Positions 13,831-27,178 of a stretch of DNA of 64,000 bases are shown piece after piece. A model generated the notes under the pieces. That model was not told where the DNA came from. It did not search any database and saw nothing but the letters and a program-made list of their open reading frames with translations. The stretch is taken from contig OX597818.1 in assembly GCA_951406725.2 (NCBI GenBank), forward strand, positions 29,636,001 to 29,700,000, read 5' to 3'. The translations under genes and the position numbers were made by a program. Positions within the stretch are counted from its first letter, which is position 1. Each line of letters opens with the position of its first letter. Origin of the DNA: Octopus vulgaris. Lineage: Eukaryota.

Positions 13831-15579
13831 CCAACATTATGACTTGAAGGACTATAAAGAACAGAAGGAGGCTGACAACCAAGCCGCAATATACTCCCTT
13901 CATGCTGATCTCATTGCATATTACTAATTTTCTGTTTGCACATGTGCATGACTTATATCAGCCCCAAGCTTCCTCAGTATCACTTGACCACAGAACAGGG
14001 AATCTTATTAAAGATCATCTCATGGCAAGATACTTCAGGCATTGATGGCACTTTCTAATGCAAAAGCAAATCCATTCGTACAAACAGCAAAATACAGTAT
14101 TTATGAGGGCAGAGATACATAACGTATATATTTCTAACTGCATCTTTTACTCCTTTGTACCTATTGTCTTCATCCGATGCTCTTTTGCATAGTGCCCCAC
14201 CTTTCCTTTTTAATGCACCATGCCATTCATCACATTCTTTACCACTTCTACGATTACCTGTAACTAGCCCTCCCTTGTCCACTGCCACCAGTCTCTCTCC
14301 AAACAATACCTGAGTAAAGAGAGTTTGTATCAGATCTACTGATATCCAATGTGCTTCTTCATCACCTTTATTGTGCTGCTTGCCACCATCTGCTCTAGCT
14401 ATTCTTTTATCAACAACCATCACTCTTATCTTCTATTAACACCACTCCTGCTCTTTTTTACTAGCTAACATTACCCTTAAATAGTTACCTGGGTCACTAC
14501 TTACATCCAGCACACTCACTTAGCAGTGACCATTTCTATGACTGCTTACTACTTGCTCTCTCACCTGCAATCTTTTTAGTTACCATTATTCTCTGCTGTT
14601 ATTTCATTACCGACTGCCTACCTTCATTACTCTAGTTCGGTCTCTTCCCATTTCTACCTCCTCTGTTATATTTTCTCCTCATCTCAGTTCATCTGCAGTC
14701 ACCCTTTCTTTTATTCATTCTAATGGCCACTTTGTGCTGAACAAGTGAAAAAAAATAAAGCAGTGAAGCCCCTTTTTTATCTAGCAGAGTACAAAGCGAC
14801 CTTACCAGTGCAGGTATCACAATGAAATGCACCTAATATTCTGTAATGTGGTTACTGCTAAGAAGAGCATCTAGCCACAGAAACCATGTCAAAATAAAAT
14901 ATACAAATGAGTTGTGGTTCCCCAACCACACCCAGAAAGAAAGTAACTACAAATAAGGCTCAGACTATGACCACTATGCCATTATGGATAGCAGGTATAT
15001 GATGATACACATACTCAGCAATTTATATACACACACAAAGGGTACGAACTATTTCTTTAAAATTTACCCAAAACACAGAAAAATGTTTTAAAATAATGCT
15101 AGATGAGCTATCATCCAGAAATTATAAGAGGTAATTTTAAAAAGTTAACGAAATCTATATTGTTTCCGAGACTGACAATACATATTAAATATTTTTATCA
15201 AATGAAGCTATCCAAGAACCACACCAGCAGTTCTATGAAAAGAATTTTAATTCTATTACTGCTGTGGAGCATCAGCTATACAATCACAAATCAAGACAAG
15301 AATTTGCTCAAAGTTCTCCACTATCAAAATATAATAAACTAAATTCCTAAGTGAATATATATTATCGATTCAATCTTGGCATAGTTCAATATTTATAGTC
15401 TAATGTTAAATTCTGAAGAAAAAAATTGAATAATTGGATATCAAGGACTTTTATTGTATTTCTTAATGTAGTTAGCTGCACGTGTTTAACCTATTTTATA
15501 CTTCACTCCCTCACCAAGAATCTATATCATGTGCTCAAACAATTGGTTGGAGGGAAACTGACTCATATTTCTGGGTATG

Positions 15580-15612
<33 letters not shown>

Positions 15613-17369
15613 GTGTGTATATCATACACACACACCCCATTCGCATAGCAAGAAAATGTTCACTAACACATCAGCTGAGAAGTATAAGAAATGTTAACTT
15701 CTATATATCAGACATGGTCCGAGAAAAATAAGGATGATTTCCGCAAAAGTTTATATAGTTATTAGTATTGTTGAAACCGAGTGATATGATCATCACTCTA
15801 AGTTAAAATTGCCAAAAGAACTCAGCGACAACTATTGCTGACCTTTTTAAACTCATAGGAGCATAGAATAATTAAATCATTTAATTAAGAAATGATTAGA
15901 TTACAAATTAAGATATGTGCAAAATCTATTTCACAGTGAGTAAATATGATAAATTAATTACTATTTAATTATAATGAACTTTTATTTAAACTACCAGATC
16001 GCAGTTATAAATTACTGCAGCTTGTTAACAGCAAGGATTTTAAAACTCATTTAAATAAGCAACTATTAAACACACTGTAGAGGAAAAAGTGCCTAATAGG
16101 AAAGAGAGAATGGGTGGGAAGTTAACTTGTTGAAACTAAAAATCAAGATAATTTACATGACTTGACAATGCAGTCTACTGAACGATTGTATATCACTAAC
16201 AGGAATGAGATACGATCAAAGTCGATACAGACGAGAGTCCTAACTCAAAAAGTGAAAACAAAGTATTTAGTTCAGCTCTCTACCATCTGCATGTCAAATT
16301 TAAGCTGAATTCGTGCTTCTCTAAACAGAAACTGAAAAAAAGACAAGCGAACACTTGCTCAGATTCCACTTTGTCAAGAAAAAAAATTATATAAGGAAAC
16401 TAATCTTAACACGTGTATGGTGGGTTTTCTGTAATTTTATTTCGTATTTCCTAGAGTATGACGCAAGTCACCTGACATGCACCTTAACTATTTGATACAC
16501 TAGTTAATTTAATATTTAAGATGACAGTACGAGAATGATTGACGTTTGTGTCTATGAAAAAAAAAAGACTCGGAAAAAGCAATGAGATATCGCAGTAATT
16601 TCACGATCATTTTGACATATTTCCACCGCCAGATTGATACTTAAACACTGTTTGAAGCAATGCTGACAAATAATCCATCGACAGATTAAAATGACAAAAG
16701 CATAATAGTATGAACGATTCAATAGATTTTTTTTTTTAAACTAACATATTTGAAACATTACTTTTTCTAAAAGGGCAACTATTTAGAATTCCATTAGTCG
16801 ATGTAACTAGAACATAATTATTAACAGTAAGATAGACATTAGTGAGACTATTTCATAAAGTCATCAAAGTACACGAGGACCATATTAACAGCGAAATGAT
16901 AAACTAATTAGGAAAGATGTCTAACATTGAGATCCAGAAAGCTTTACGACCATGCAACTCATTTAAAACAATTTTTCATATGCTTTCAGCAAGTAATATG
17001 CAAAGTAAAAGTTTTTGTATCATTCAAGCTGCAAGAACTGGTCCCCGATTTTTGAGGCAATCGCAATGGACAAAGCTTGAAAGATATAAAAGTGACTATA
17101 ATATCTAAGTATCATTCATACAACTCCGAAACAAGGATTTTGTATTCTCAGATTGGCACCAATCTAACACCAGAATAAAAATAATCGATATTGTGTAGTG
17201 ACGAGCAAATCCTGACACTGATTTACCATACTTTCTTTTAATACTCTGAAGGCGCATTCCTGCGCAGATATTCATTTACACACACACGTGTTTCAACCTA
17301 CATGACACTGATACGCAGGCAATTCTTTGATGCGTTCGTTCATTATTACTATTTTATATATATATATAA

Positions 17370-17401
<32 letters not shown>

Positions 17402-18240
17402 CATACACACACATGTACATATTTGATATATTTTTTATTTGAACATTTTTTCGAAAAAATCGCTGTAGTGAAACAAAAAAGTTTTAGGATTAAGAGAGGA
17501 AAAGGACGGAACTTCATAATTCACCAATAGCTATTTTCGTTGTTAATAAAGCGACTTTGTAACAAATGAAACACTTAAGAAATAATAACTAACATTTTTC
17601 CATTTAATAAAAGACAGTTGCGAATAGATAAGAAAACATGCAATTAGATGTGCGCGCGCGCGTATGTGAAAATTTAAGTGTAATGCTGTTAGTGAAAAAT
17701 TAACAGAACATGTATTATTCCCTGGTATATTAATGTAATTAACCTAAATAATATCAATATATTTTCCCACTTTCCGAACTGAATGCTTGCCCTAAGTATT
17801 TCTTTTATTCCATCGCGATTTGTCTGCCATTTTGAAAAACGTGTTAACTCCTTCCGCCAACAGAATAGTCGTTCGTCCTTTCTTTTACGCTGCCTGACTT
17901 ACCATGAATTTCCTTCACAATGCACTAACAGCGAAGTCATTTTACTGAAGGCAAATTTTCAACGGGAATCAATTGAGTGTGTGTACATATGAACCTTTTA
18001 CATGGTTGATCTGTCAAAAACTTCCAGAGGAATATAAAGTTTTCGAAACATGCATCTATTCTTACGTATGTGCGTAATATATATAACATCGGTTTTAACT
18101 AAATTATATGGAATTACGAGCACTTGCACATGAGGTTTTTTTTTTGTTTTTTTTTTAATCTTTTTGATAACCGTGCCATCTATATATTCTTCAAAGCGTC
18201 AATCAAAAGAATTTCAACAATCTTTATGAGTGAACCTTAC

Positions 18241-18324
18241 CTCATGAAGCTTCTGCTCGGCTTGCTCACGGCGAGCCGGGTCCAATGTTGCTTGCAACAC
18301 TTCAACAAGTTCGTTTATGTCCAT
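18241..18324 (-). CDS. IPO7: Importin-7/8 family (importin-beta N-terminal), first coding exon
   Basis: Reads MDINELVEVLQATLDPARREQAEQKLHE followed by the donor GAG|GTAAGG. This resembles the N-terminus of importin-7 (human [28 protein letters not shown], recalled from memory). It is 84 nt, phase 0, next to a CpG-rich region. No exon 2 was recognised in the window. Confidence 0.85.
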
Positions 18325-18329
18325 GTTAG

Positions 18330-18900
18330 TTTCGGTTTACTCTTTCACTCGTGGAGAAAACTATATCAGTCGTAACCGACTCAATGAGGTGAGAGGAAAG
18401 CGAGGTTACTCAACAAATGAACTGACTTAAATAAATAAGAACAATATTATCGCTTTTTTCCTTTCCTTTTTTTTTTATTATTATTTAAAGTCACCCTATT
18501 GGGACTTGTGTAATTTTCCTCCGTTCGGTGAAAATAATAGCAGTTTTAGTATTGTAAAGGAAGATTGTTAATTTATGTTAGATTCTGTTCGTGATTCACT
18601 GGACTGCTATTTTGTTATAGTTCTTTTTAATGATATAAAATAGCCGAAATAGCGTGTTATGTCCTAAGACGCGCCAACACGGACGCTTAATGCGCAGACT
18701 CGTACAAAAAGGATGTATTGCCGGAAGTTTGATTGACAATGAGGCATCATCGTTCCACGCCTGCTTACTCCAATAAAATGTTCGTGTTGGTTCGTGTCCG
18801 ATCGAGTCCAATGGCGGGCGAATAGCGAAATAGAATGTCCTACACTGTTTTGGTGTCAGGTGATGCTTGTTCAGTGGCACGTGATGTTTTTGATGTCATC
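18330..18900. promoter_or_regulatory. CpG-rich housekeeping promoter / 5' UTR of the importin-7 gene
   Basis: Local CpG enrichment in CpG-poor DNA. ETS site CCGGAAGT 18721-18728, TGCGCA 18691-18696, CCAAT/ATGGCG 18808-18816, E-box CACGTG 18878-18883. Confidence 0.65.
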
Positions 18901-20917
18901 ATTAATTAATGTTCCTGAGAAGAAGGAACAATAAAGAAAATAAAAGTTCATCTTTATTAAAGAACTAATAAATTTTCATCATATAACAAAATGGGAAGGT
19001 GTAGCACTTGGTAAAAAAAAGTTGGAAGTTATTTAATGTTGCTGGAAAAAATGCTTTCTCTCTTATATTCTTCAAATGTTATTTAGGTCATTGTTTTGGC
19101 TCACTGATTTTCAATTTATATTCATTACAATTAGATTTAATTTACAAAAGTTTATATCACAGATAAGAGACGTCTTCCACTTTCAAATTGTTTGCTATAA
19201 TAAGAATTAAAAGTTACAAAATCAGCTGACAGAGTTTGTATCAATTTTAAAAAATAGAATTTGAAAATTTTCTTAAATCTAAAATTATAGATTCTTTGGT
19301 ATATAAGTTTTAATAAATTGTCATGACTGTTTGAAGAATCACATTGGAATGAATGTTATAGTTGGATATTAAGGATCAGAAAACAACATAAGAATTATAT
19401 GTGTCAAGGATATTAACAACTTTAGAAGTCAAGAATATTTTCTAGTTCATTCATCTTATCACTTTACAGTAAGGCTTCCTTCCAAGAACTGCAAGTATAG
19501 CCAGATACAACTACTATTATGTTTCTTATGTATCCTCTAACAAATCATCAATAGCAACCCAAAGGTTTTGAAGATAAAACTTGCTCCATATGTGAAGTGA
19601 ACACCAACAGCATAAGTGCAGGAATTAAATATGCATAGGGCGCAAACTCTGGTCCAAACTGTTTTTAAAAAAAGCTTTTTTTAAAATCTTAATATCAAAA
19701 CAAACACAGGTATAATGATTATTATTATTATATTTGTACATCAATCAAAATCATACAAATCTAATAATGGAAAAGTAATGTTTCAAATCAATTCAATGTG
19801 TTTCTATAATCATTCATTTTGGCAATGAAGTTTTTCAAGAGGATGTTCAAAGTATTCAAAGCTCCTGCAATACCTGTGGTCGCAGGGGCACTCCATAGTT
19901 GAGGGGCCCCATGTTAAGATCAAAGTACATAGATGAGTCATCTATTTATTTTGGTTAAGATGCTGAACAAGAATTAAACTATGTTAACTGACTATTTCAA
20001 GAAATAAAATGGTAATACATTGTACCTGCAAAAGTTCTTGTAAAAATATTACATTGTACCATGAACATGGAGCCATTCTTTACCCTTATCTAATTGTAGA
20101 AGACCCACTCTGTTTGTATTCTAAGATATTGCCATGCAATCAGTTAAATGCTGGAAAATTTGGCATTAAAGCATTAATATATCAAGAAAAAAGAGCTATG
20201 TTAACTAAAATGTTGTGTATAATGGGGAAAAAAAGAGTTTTACAAGCAAATTTTTATTTTTATTTCTTCTCAAATATCTTTCCCTCCACCATTTAATAGG
20301 AGGAACTTTTTCCTTTTCCTTTTTCTCTGTTCTCCTCCTGCCTTGCAAGTTACTTGGCAAATTTGAGAAATTGGTTGACAATAGCAAGGACATCAAGCAG
20401 TAGAAACTTTACCAAAGCTGACACTAAAGCTCTGTGGCTCACTGGATCCTGTCAAACCATGCAATCCATACTGACATGGAAGCAGATGTTAAATGATGAT
20501 GTATATACAGTAATACCTCACTTTATGATGACCTGCTTTACGAAACCCTGGGTTTACAAGCTTTTACGAGTTTACGCTTTACAAGCAGTTTGTGGGAACA
20601 AATTAACTTGTATATCAAGGCATGACTATAGTTTAAATTTATTTGAAAATTACATACAAGAAAATATATATTATAATACTAGATGTTTTAAACAAGAAGT
20701 AGGGAACTGCAACCTTCTGAAAAAGTATAACTGAGAGAAAATCATTATACTAAATATATTGTTGCTGATTTAATATTATTTAAAGCCTAGCTTTCTCAGT
20801 AACTTTGAATTTTAGAAATACCCATTTATTTTTCTTTACCTGCACTGGAAATTTTAAATGCATACACATTGATTCATCACTAGCACTTGCCAACACAAAA
20901 AAAGTTGTTTTAAAGAA

Positions 20918-21002
20918 TTTTAGGGGACCTGTTAAAATTTTGTTTCTTTTAGGGGACCTGTTAAAATTTGTTTCTTTTAGGGGACCTGTTAAGATTTGTT
21001 TT
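20918..21002. repeat. Minisatellite, 3 x ~28-29 bp
   Basis: ttttaggggacctgttaaaatt(t)tgtttc repeated three times. Confidence 0.85.
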
Positions 21003-22658
21003 GATTGTCATAATCATCACTGTTTAATGTCCATTTTCCATGCTGGCATGGGTTGGATGGTTTGATAGGATCCAGTGAGCTGTATGGTTGTACTGAACCC
21101 CAGTGTCAGCTTTAGTATGTTTTCTATGGCTGGGTGCCCTTCTCGCTGCCAACCACCTTACAGTGTATTTTAGTGTGTTTGTATTTAATTTGATGAAGCT
21201 GTATTACCATTTGTATGTTTGCTTGCTTATTTGTTTTTACTTATTTGTTTTATATTTTTTCAATGCTTAAAAAAATAAAAGGTACCATGGTAAAATGTAC
21301 TGAATTCATTTTTAAGGGCATCACATGCTGTTAAACACTTGAATATCAATAAACATGCTAAATGTTATTTATAAACTCACTACATTTTTTAAAATATTCC
21401 CTTCTTGAAACAGATGGAGGAAGGAGGTTTTATGTCATCAAATATGGTATTTTAATATTTTTGTTTTTATGAACAGTTGTATTTTATAAAATAAATGTGT
21501 TTCACCTGTATAAAATATATTTTAAATCTTTGTCAGGTGGCAGTTAACTTCAATAAAATCTTCCAACATAAAAAGGTTATACCTCTGCCTTAAACAATTC
21601 TTCAAATTAAATTCAATGTCTCCATTTGCCATCTATTTTTAAAGTTTCTTAAAGATTGGTTAATTTTAGCTCTTGTTTAGCCCAGGTGAGCTTTGAATAA
21701 GCAGACCTGTGATCAAAGACATTCCATTTTTGATCATCCCATCTTTTATTTTCAGATATTACTGTATCTAGGACTAAATCAGTCAGCTTATTCAATCCAT
21801 TTATTTTTTTTCAAGATGGTAGATAAGACTTAGTTGTCATTTCTAGCAAGTCAAGTGACTGTGAATATAGTTTGCTTCCTTGACTCAAGAAATGGTCAGT
21901 TGGTAGAAATAGTAGAGTGCCAAATTAAACAATTTATTCTTTTTAATTTTCTTTATATTCTGGGTTCAGCTCATTAGTCAATGAGGTAACAGATAACCAA
22001 CAGTTTGCATTTTGTTATCAACTTTACATTTTGTCCATGATCAAAATATATTGTAATAAAAGGTCTGTTTAGTTTTTGAGCCAAGAATTTTTAGCAAGAT
22101 TTAATAAAGTTCCATCTTTGGTATTTAGTCATGTCTGCAGAAGTAAATTACATCTTTTTACACTTAGGATATAATGACATTATTCAAGAAAACACTTTCT
22201 CACTACCCTCATGTTCAACGTGACTAAATAAAGCATCATGTCATTCTCTACAAGTCTCATAGAAGGGTTAGAGCAAGTTAGATAGCAATATCCATTCAGA
22301 GCATTTATGGTGTGTGAGTGCAGTAAGTGAAAGAACTAGCAAGAGGTGGTTTTCTCATTTCAGAAATGGGAATGTCAGTTTAAAGGAAGAGCTAAGAAAT
22401 GCTTGTTTGAGTTGACTTACTAAAAGTGGTTGTTGCAGCAAATTCTATGATTACAGTTAAGGATTTTAGCAGGTAGTTCAGTATTATTCATATGATTTTC
22501 CATTGTAAAGTGAAAAGGCTTGGAAAAGTGTCAAGGGATCAAAAATTAGTCCAACATGACCTGTCTGAAAAAGAAAATTATTAAAAGCATGTCAATTACT
22601 ATGAGATATTGTATTCATGTCAGCTCCAAGCACATCTATTTTTGGACTGAGTTATTAA

Positions 22659-23237
22659 TCATCATCATCATCGTTTAACGTCCGCTTTCCATGCTAGCAT
22701 GGGTTGGACGATTGTGACTGAGGGCTGGCGAGCCAGATGGCTGCACCAGGCTCCAATCTTGATCTGGCAGAGTTTCTACAGCTGGATGCCCTTCTGAACG
22801 CCAACCACTCCGAGAATGTAGTGGGTGCATTTTACGTGCCACTGGCATGGGGGCCAGTCAGGCAGTACTGGCAACGAGCTCACTCAAATCTTTTTACATG
22901 TGCCACCAGCACAGGTGCCAGTGAAGTGACGTTGGTAACGATCACGCTCGAATGGTGCCATTTTACGTGCCATAAGTACAGAAGCCAGTTGGCTGCTCTG
23001 GCAACGATCACACTCGCATGGTGCTCTTGGCACCCTACTAACACAAGCATAAGTGCCAGTAAGGTGACGCTGGTAACGATCATACTCGAATAGCTGCTCT
23101 GTCAACGATCACACTCGTATGGTGCTCTTTGCACCCTGCCAGCATGAATGACAGTCATCAAATTGATTTTGATTTTGATATGGGGATAAGAAGTGGCTCC
23201 TTGTCATCAGTGACTTATTTGGGATATTTGACCTGTG
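22659..23237 (-). mobile_element. RTE 3'-UTR fragment (subfamily variant) with 10-bp TSD
   Basis: Starts (catcat)cgtttaacgtccgctttccatgctagcatggg. GAGTTATTAA flanks it at 22649-22658 and 23238-23247. Confidence 0.75.
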
Positions 23238-23247
23238 GAGTTATTAA

Positions 23248-23705
23248 TCATCACCATCATCATCATCGTTTAACGTCTGTTTTCTGCGCTAGCACGGGTT
23301 GGACAGTTCGAACGGGGTCTGGGAAGCCAGGGGCTGCATCAGGCTCCAGTCTGATCTGGCAGTGTTTCTACAGCTGGATGCCCTTCCTAACGCCAACCAC
23401 TCCGCAAGTGTAGTGGGTGCTTTTTACGTGCCAGGGGAGTCTGGCATCAGCCACGATTGGTTGGTGCTTTTAATGTGCCACCGGCATGGAAGCCAGCCAA
23501 GGCGGCGCTGGCATCAGCCACGTTCGGATGGTGCTTTTTATGTGCCACCGGCACAGAAGCCAGTCGAGGCGCTGGCAACGGCCACGTTCGGATGGTGCTT
23601 TTTATGTGCCACCAGCAAAGGTATCACAACTACTATTTCCATTGATATTTGTTTCGATGTTCATGTACATGTACTTGACTCAACAGGTCTCCTCGAGCAC
23701 AGCAG
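23248..23705 (-). mobile_element. RTE 3'-UTR fragment, 5'-truncated
   Basis: Same tail and 3' UTR as 2966-3430 and 36780-37721. Confidence 0.85.
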
Positions 23706-24083
23706 AAAATGCTTTAAGGCTGTTCCTCCTTCTTCTCTGTCTACAGAAAAGCAAACTTGATATGTTTGTATGTCTTCTATGAATATATATATATATATAT
23801 AGATAGATAGATAGATTTACATACATATAGATATATATATACATACATATAGATATATATACATATTTCCAATAATAACGCTAATGTATATGACTTGAGA
23901 TGATCGTCTTGTCTTAATCTTTGTTGTCCTCTTTAAAAATTATATATCTGCTATATCGGAAGTCTACAAAGGTTCCATAACTCCCATCTCAGCTATGACT
24001 GTGGAGCCCTGGTAATTTGTTACAGCACTTACTCAGTGTACCTAGTCGTTTAGATCACCTGTGAACTAAACCCCCATATTCTG

Positions 24084-24131
<48 letters not shown>

Positions 24132-24140
24132 AATAATATA

Positions 24141-24392
24141 CGAGGGACGTTCAATAAGTAATGCCCCTGATCCACTTGCAGTTGTTTGATCTAGCTGAAA
24201 TTTTGCATGTGCAATTAGTTATATCTCTATAGATTAAATAGCAAATTATAGCTCTGAACTAATTGTGGTGTCTGATTTACAGGTGTTTGGACTGAGTCAA
24301 GTGTGAAATGGAGCCTGTTGAGTGTCGAGCAGTGATCCGGTTTTTGTATTTGAATGGATGCTCACCACAGGAGACTTTTGATGAAATGAAAG
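24141..24392 (+). mobile_element. 5' end of a mariner (TIR plus transposase start), truncated
   Basis: TA + cgagggacgttcaataagtaatgcccctga TIR, then MEPVECRAVIRFLYL..TFDEMK. It is the reverse complement of ~25434-25685. Confidence 0.88.
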
Positions 24393-24394
24393 TA

Positions 24395-25685
24395 CGAGGG
24401 GCGTTCAGTAAGTAATGCCCCTGACCCACTTCCCATAGCAGTAGAGCAACGAAACTTGGCACAGTTATTAGTCTTTTTCTACATAGGAACCTCCCAGAGT
24501 TATGCATTTCTCCCATTGTTTGATGCAGCTCTGGCGACCGTTTTTGTAGAAGACCCCAGCTTGGTCCTCCAGCCACGACGTGACTTCAGAAATCAAGGCT
24601 GCATCATCTGGGAAACGCTTTCCTTTCAAAAACAACTTCATGGCTGGGAAGAGGTGAAAATCAGAGGGTGCAAGGTCAGGAGAGTAGGGGGATGGGGAAG
24701 GAGTTCATAGCCACACGCCTGTGCTTCTGATCTGGTGACACACGAGTTGTGGACCGGAGCGTTGTCCTGCAGGAGGAGGATGCCTTTGCTGATCTTGCCC
24801 CCCTCTTGATTTTGATAGCTTCTCTTAATTTCCTCAGAAGTGAAGCATAATAGGCTCCTGTAATTGTGGTACCCTTTGCCAGGAAATCTGTCATCACTAC
24901 TCCGTCCTGGTCCCAGAAGACTGTGAGCATGACCTTGCCAGCGGAGGGCTGCACCCTTGCCTTCTTTGGAGGAGGTGAGTCACGGTGCTTCCACTGCATT
25001 GACTGGGCTTTGGTCTCTGGATCATAGTGATGGACCCAGATTTCATCCTGTGTAATCAGTCTTTTGAAAAATTTTGACTCATCTTCTTGGCACATCTCCA
25101 AATTCATCCTCGAGCACTCGACGCGTTCTTGCTTCTGGAAAGGTGTGAGCAACCTGGGAATCCATCTGGCAGACACCTTTTGCATATGCAAATGGTCATG
25201 AATGATAGTTTCCACAGACCCAGTACTAATCTTGACCTCATGGGCTATTTGGCGAATAGTTATGCGTCGATCTTCCAAAATGGCAGCCTCAACTTGACGG
25301 ACAGATGCCTCATCAATGGCAGAAGGGGTACGACTAGATCTGGGAGCTGTTTCCACAGAGTTCCGACCATGTTTGAATTCACGATGCCAGCGTTTTACAA
25401 GGTCATATGATGGAGCATCATCACCATAAGTTACTTTCATTTCATCAAAAGTCTCCTGTGGTGTGCATCATTTCAAATACAAAAACCGGATCACTGCTCA
25501 ACACTCAACAGGCTCCATTTCCCACTTGACACATTTCAAACACCTGTAAATCAGAAACCACAATTAGTTCAGAGCTGTAATTTGCCACTTAATCTATAGA
25601 GATATAAATAATTGCACATGCAAAATTTCAGCTAGATCAAACAAAGGCAAGTGGGTCAGAGGCATTACTTATTGAACGCCCCTCG
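24395..25685 (-). mobile_element. Full-length mariner transposon (1291 bp)
   Basis: TA on both sides, ~37-bp TIRs (cgaggggcgttcaRtaagtaatgccYctgacccactt) and an internal transposase. Confidence 0.95.
24468..25518 (-). pseudogene. Mariner transposase pseudogene
   Basis: WIPRLL, ITQDEIWVHHY, QDNAP.H and PHPPYSPDLAPSDFHLF motifs. Two early TGA stops and a frameshift near 24805. Confidence 0.9.
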
Positions 25686-26965
25686 TAGCATTAGTCAGAG
25701 AATCTCTTATCTATCCTCAAACTGGGACATATTTAATAAGCATTGTGAAAGATATAATACAGCATTGCTTAAGGCAGGCTACACAAGTAAAATTAGGTAT
25801 ATACCCAATAATAATCTTTCGAATCAAGGTAGATCTATTACTAATAACATAAATGAATTTCGAATGGACAATAATAACTGTAGGATAAAGAACAATATCA
25901 ACACGGATGCAGCACAGATTTTTGTCAGTGAACAGGTCGCGGATTTTAGCAACGAAAATATTTTGACAAATTAAACTTAAATGTGAAGTGAATCGAACAG
26001 CTTTTGTGTGTTTCTTAAATGGCTTACAAACACCTTCCACGCTGCAATTGTTTTCGTTCCAGCACACGATCTCAGATCATGGCAATATTAAACGTAGAGG
26101 GCATATGGGATGGAAGAGGGACAGGGTTTTTGCCGACAATAAGAATTTGATAGGTAACCCACATAGTGATAATGATGCACTATGGCTAATAATCCCATAT
26201 GCAATGCAGATTAAAACAGATATAGTTAGAATAATCCATAATTTATTGTATAAATTGTGAAGGGTAAGAATAAATTTGGTCAAATAATTAACAATAAAAC
26301 TATTAGAATAGGGTATAGCCTTACACACAATTTAGCCACCATCATTTCCTCCTTTAATAATAGAAAATTAGACCGCTTCTATAGTGATAGAAAGATAAAT
26401 TTGGGTAGTAGAAATTTGCCTCTCTATAACCGGGGAGGCAATAAATCTAATAGTGCGAACGTGAGCAACCCTCACGCTGGTTATAATAGTACTACCCCTG
26501 TAGCAACAAATATTAATTTAATGGATGACACTGCTATTCGCAATAGTAATCTTAATGATATGAATATCACTAATAATGTTAAACATGGACTCCCGTTAAA
26601 TATAGGATTAAGTAGTGGGAATGTGTGTAACACTATTAATAACAATAGGGATGCAGTGAATTGTGGCAAGGTTAAATTTCCTCAATCTGATAGTAGCTGC
26701 AATTGCAGAAACAGAGATAAATGTGTGTTCAGTAATGAATGCCTGAGGAAAGAGGTGGTTTATCAATGCATTGTGAATACACAACAGGATAGTAGGGTGT
26801 ACATTGGTGCGACTAAAAATAGTATGAAACAACGACTAAACTATCATAGATAAACTTTTAAAAATAAAAATAGGATGAATTCTACGGGGTTAAGTACTTA
26901 TATTTGGGAACTTAAGAGCAAGAATATAGATTTTGACTTAAATTGGAAAATACTCACTTCCGCAC

Positions 26966-27178
26966 CATCATCATCATCGTTTAACGTCCGTTTTCCATGC
27001 TAGCATGGGTTGGATGGTTCAACTGGGGTTTAGGAAGCCAGGTGGCTGCGCCAGGCCCAGTCTGATCTGGCAGTGTTTCTACAGCTGGATGCCCTTCCTA
27101 ACGCCAACCACTCCGAGAGTGTAGTGGGTACTTTTTACGTGCTACCTGCACAGGTGCCAGACGAGGCTGGCAAACGGC
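26966..27178 (-). mobile_element. Short RTE 3'-tail insertion inside the PLE GIY-YIG coding region
   Basis: The RTE tail interrupts WKILTSAP from the downstream YNNRNKKCSLC segment. Confidence 0.85.

Noticed and set aside
15694-15806. Minus-strand C/D-box snoRNA-like arrangement (GTGATGA ... CTGA, 7-bp flanking stem) in the importin intron
   Set aside because: I could not recognise an rRNA or snRNA antisense element or C'/D' boxes. Such short motifs are expected by chance in 18 kb. snoscan or small-RNA data would decide.
18596-18880. 94-aa minus-strand ORF upstream of the importin exon
   Set aside because: No recognisable homology. It is likely a by-product of the higher GC content of the promoter.
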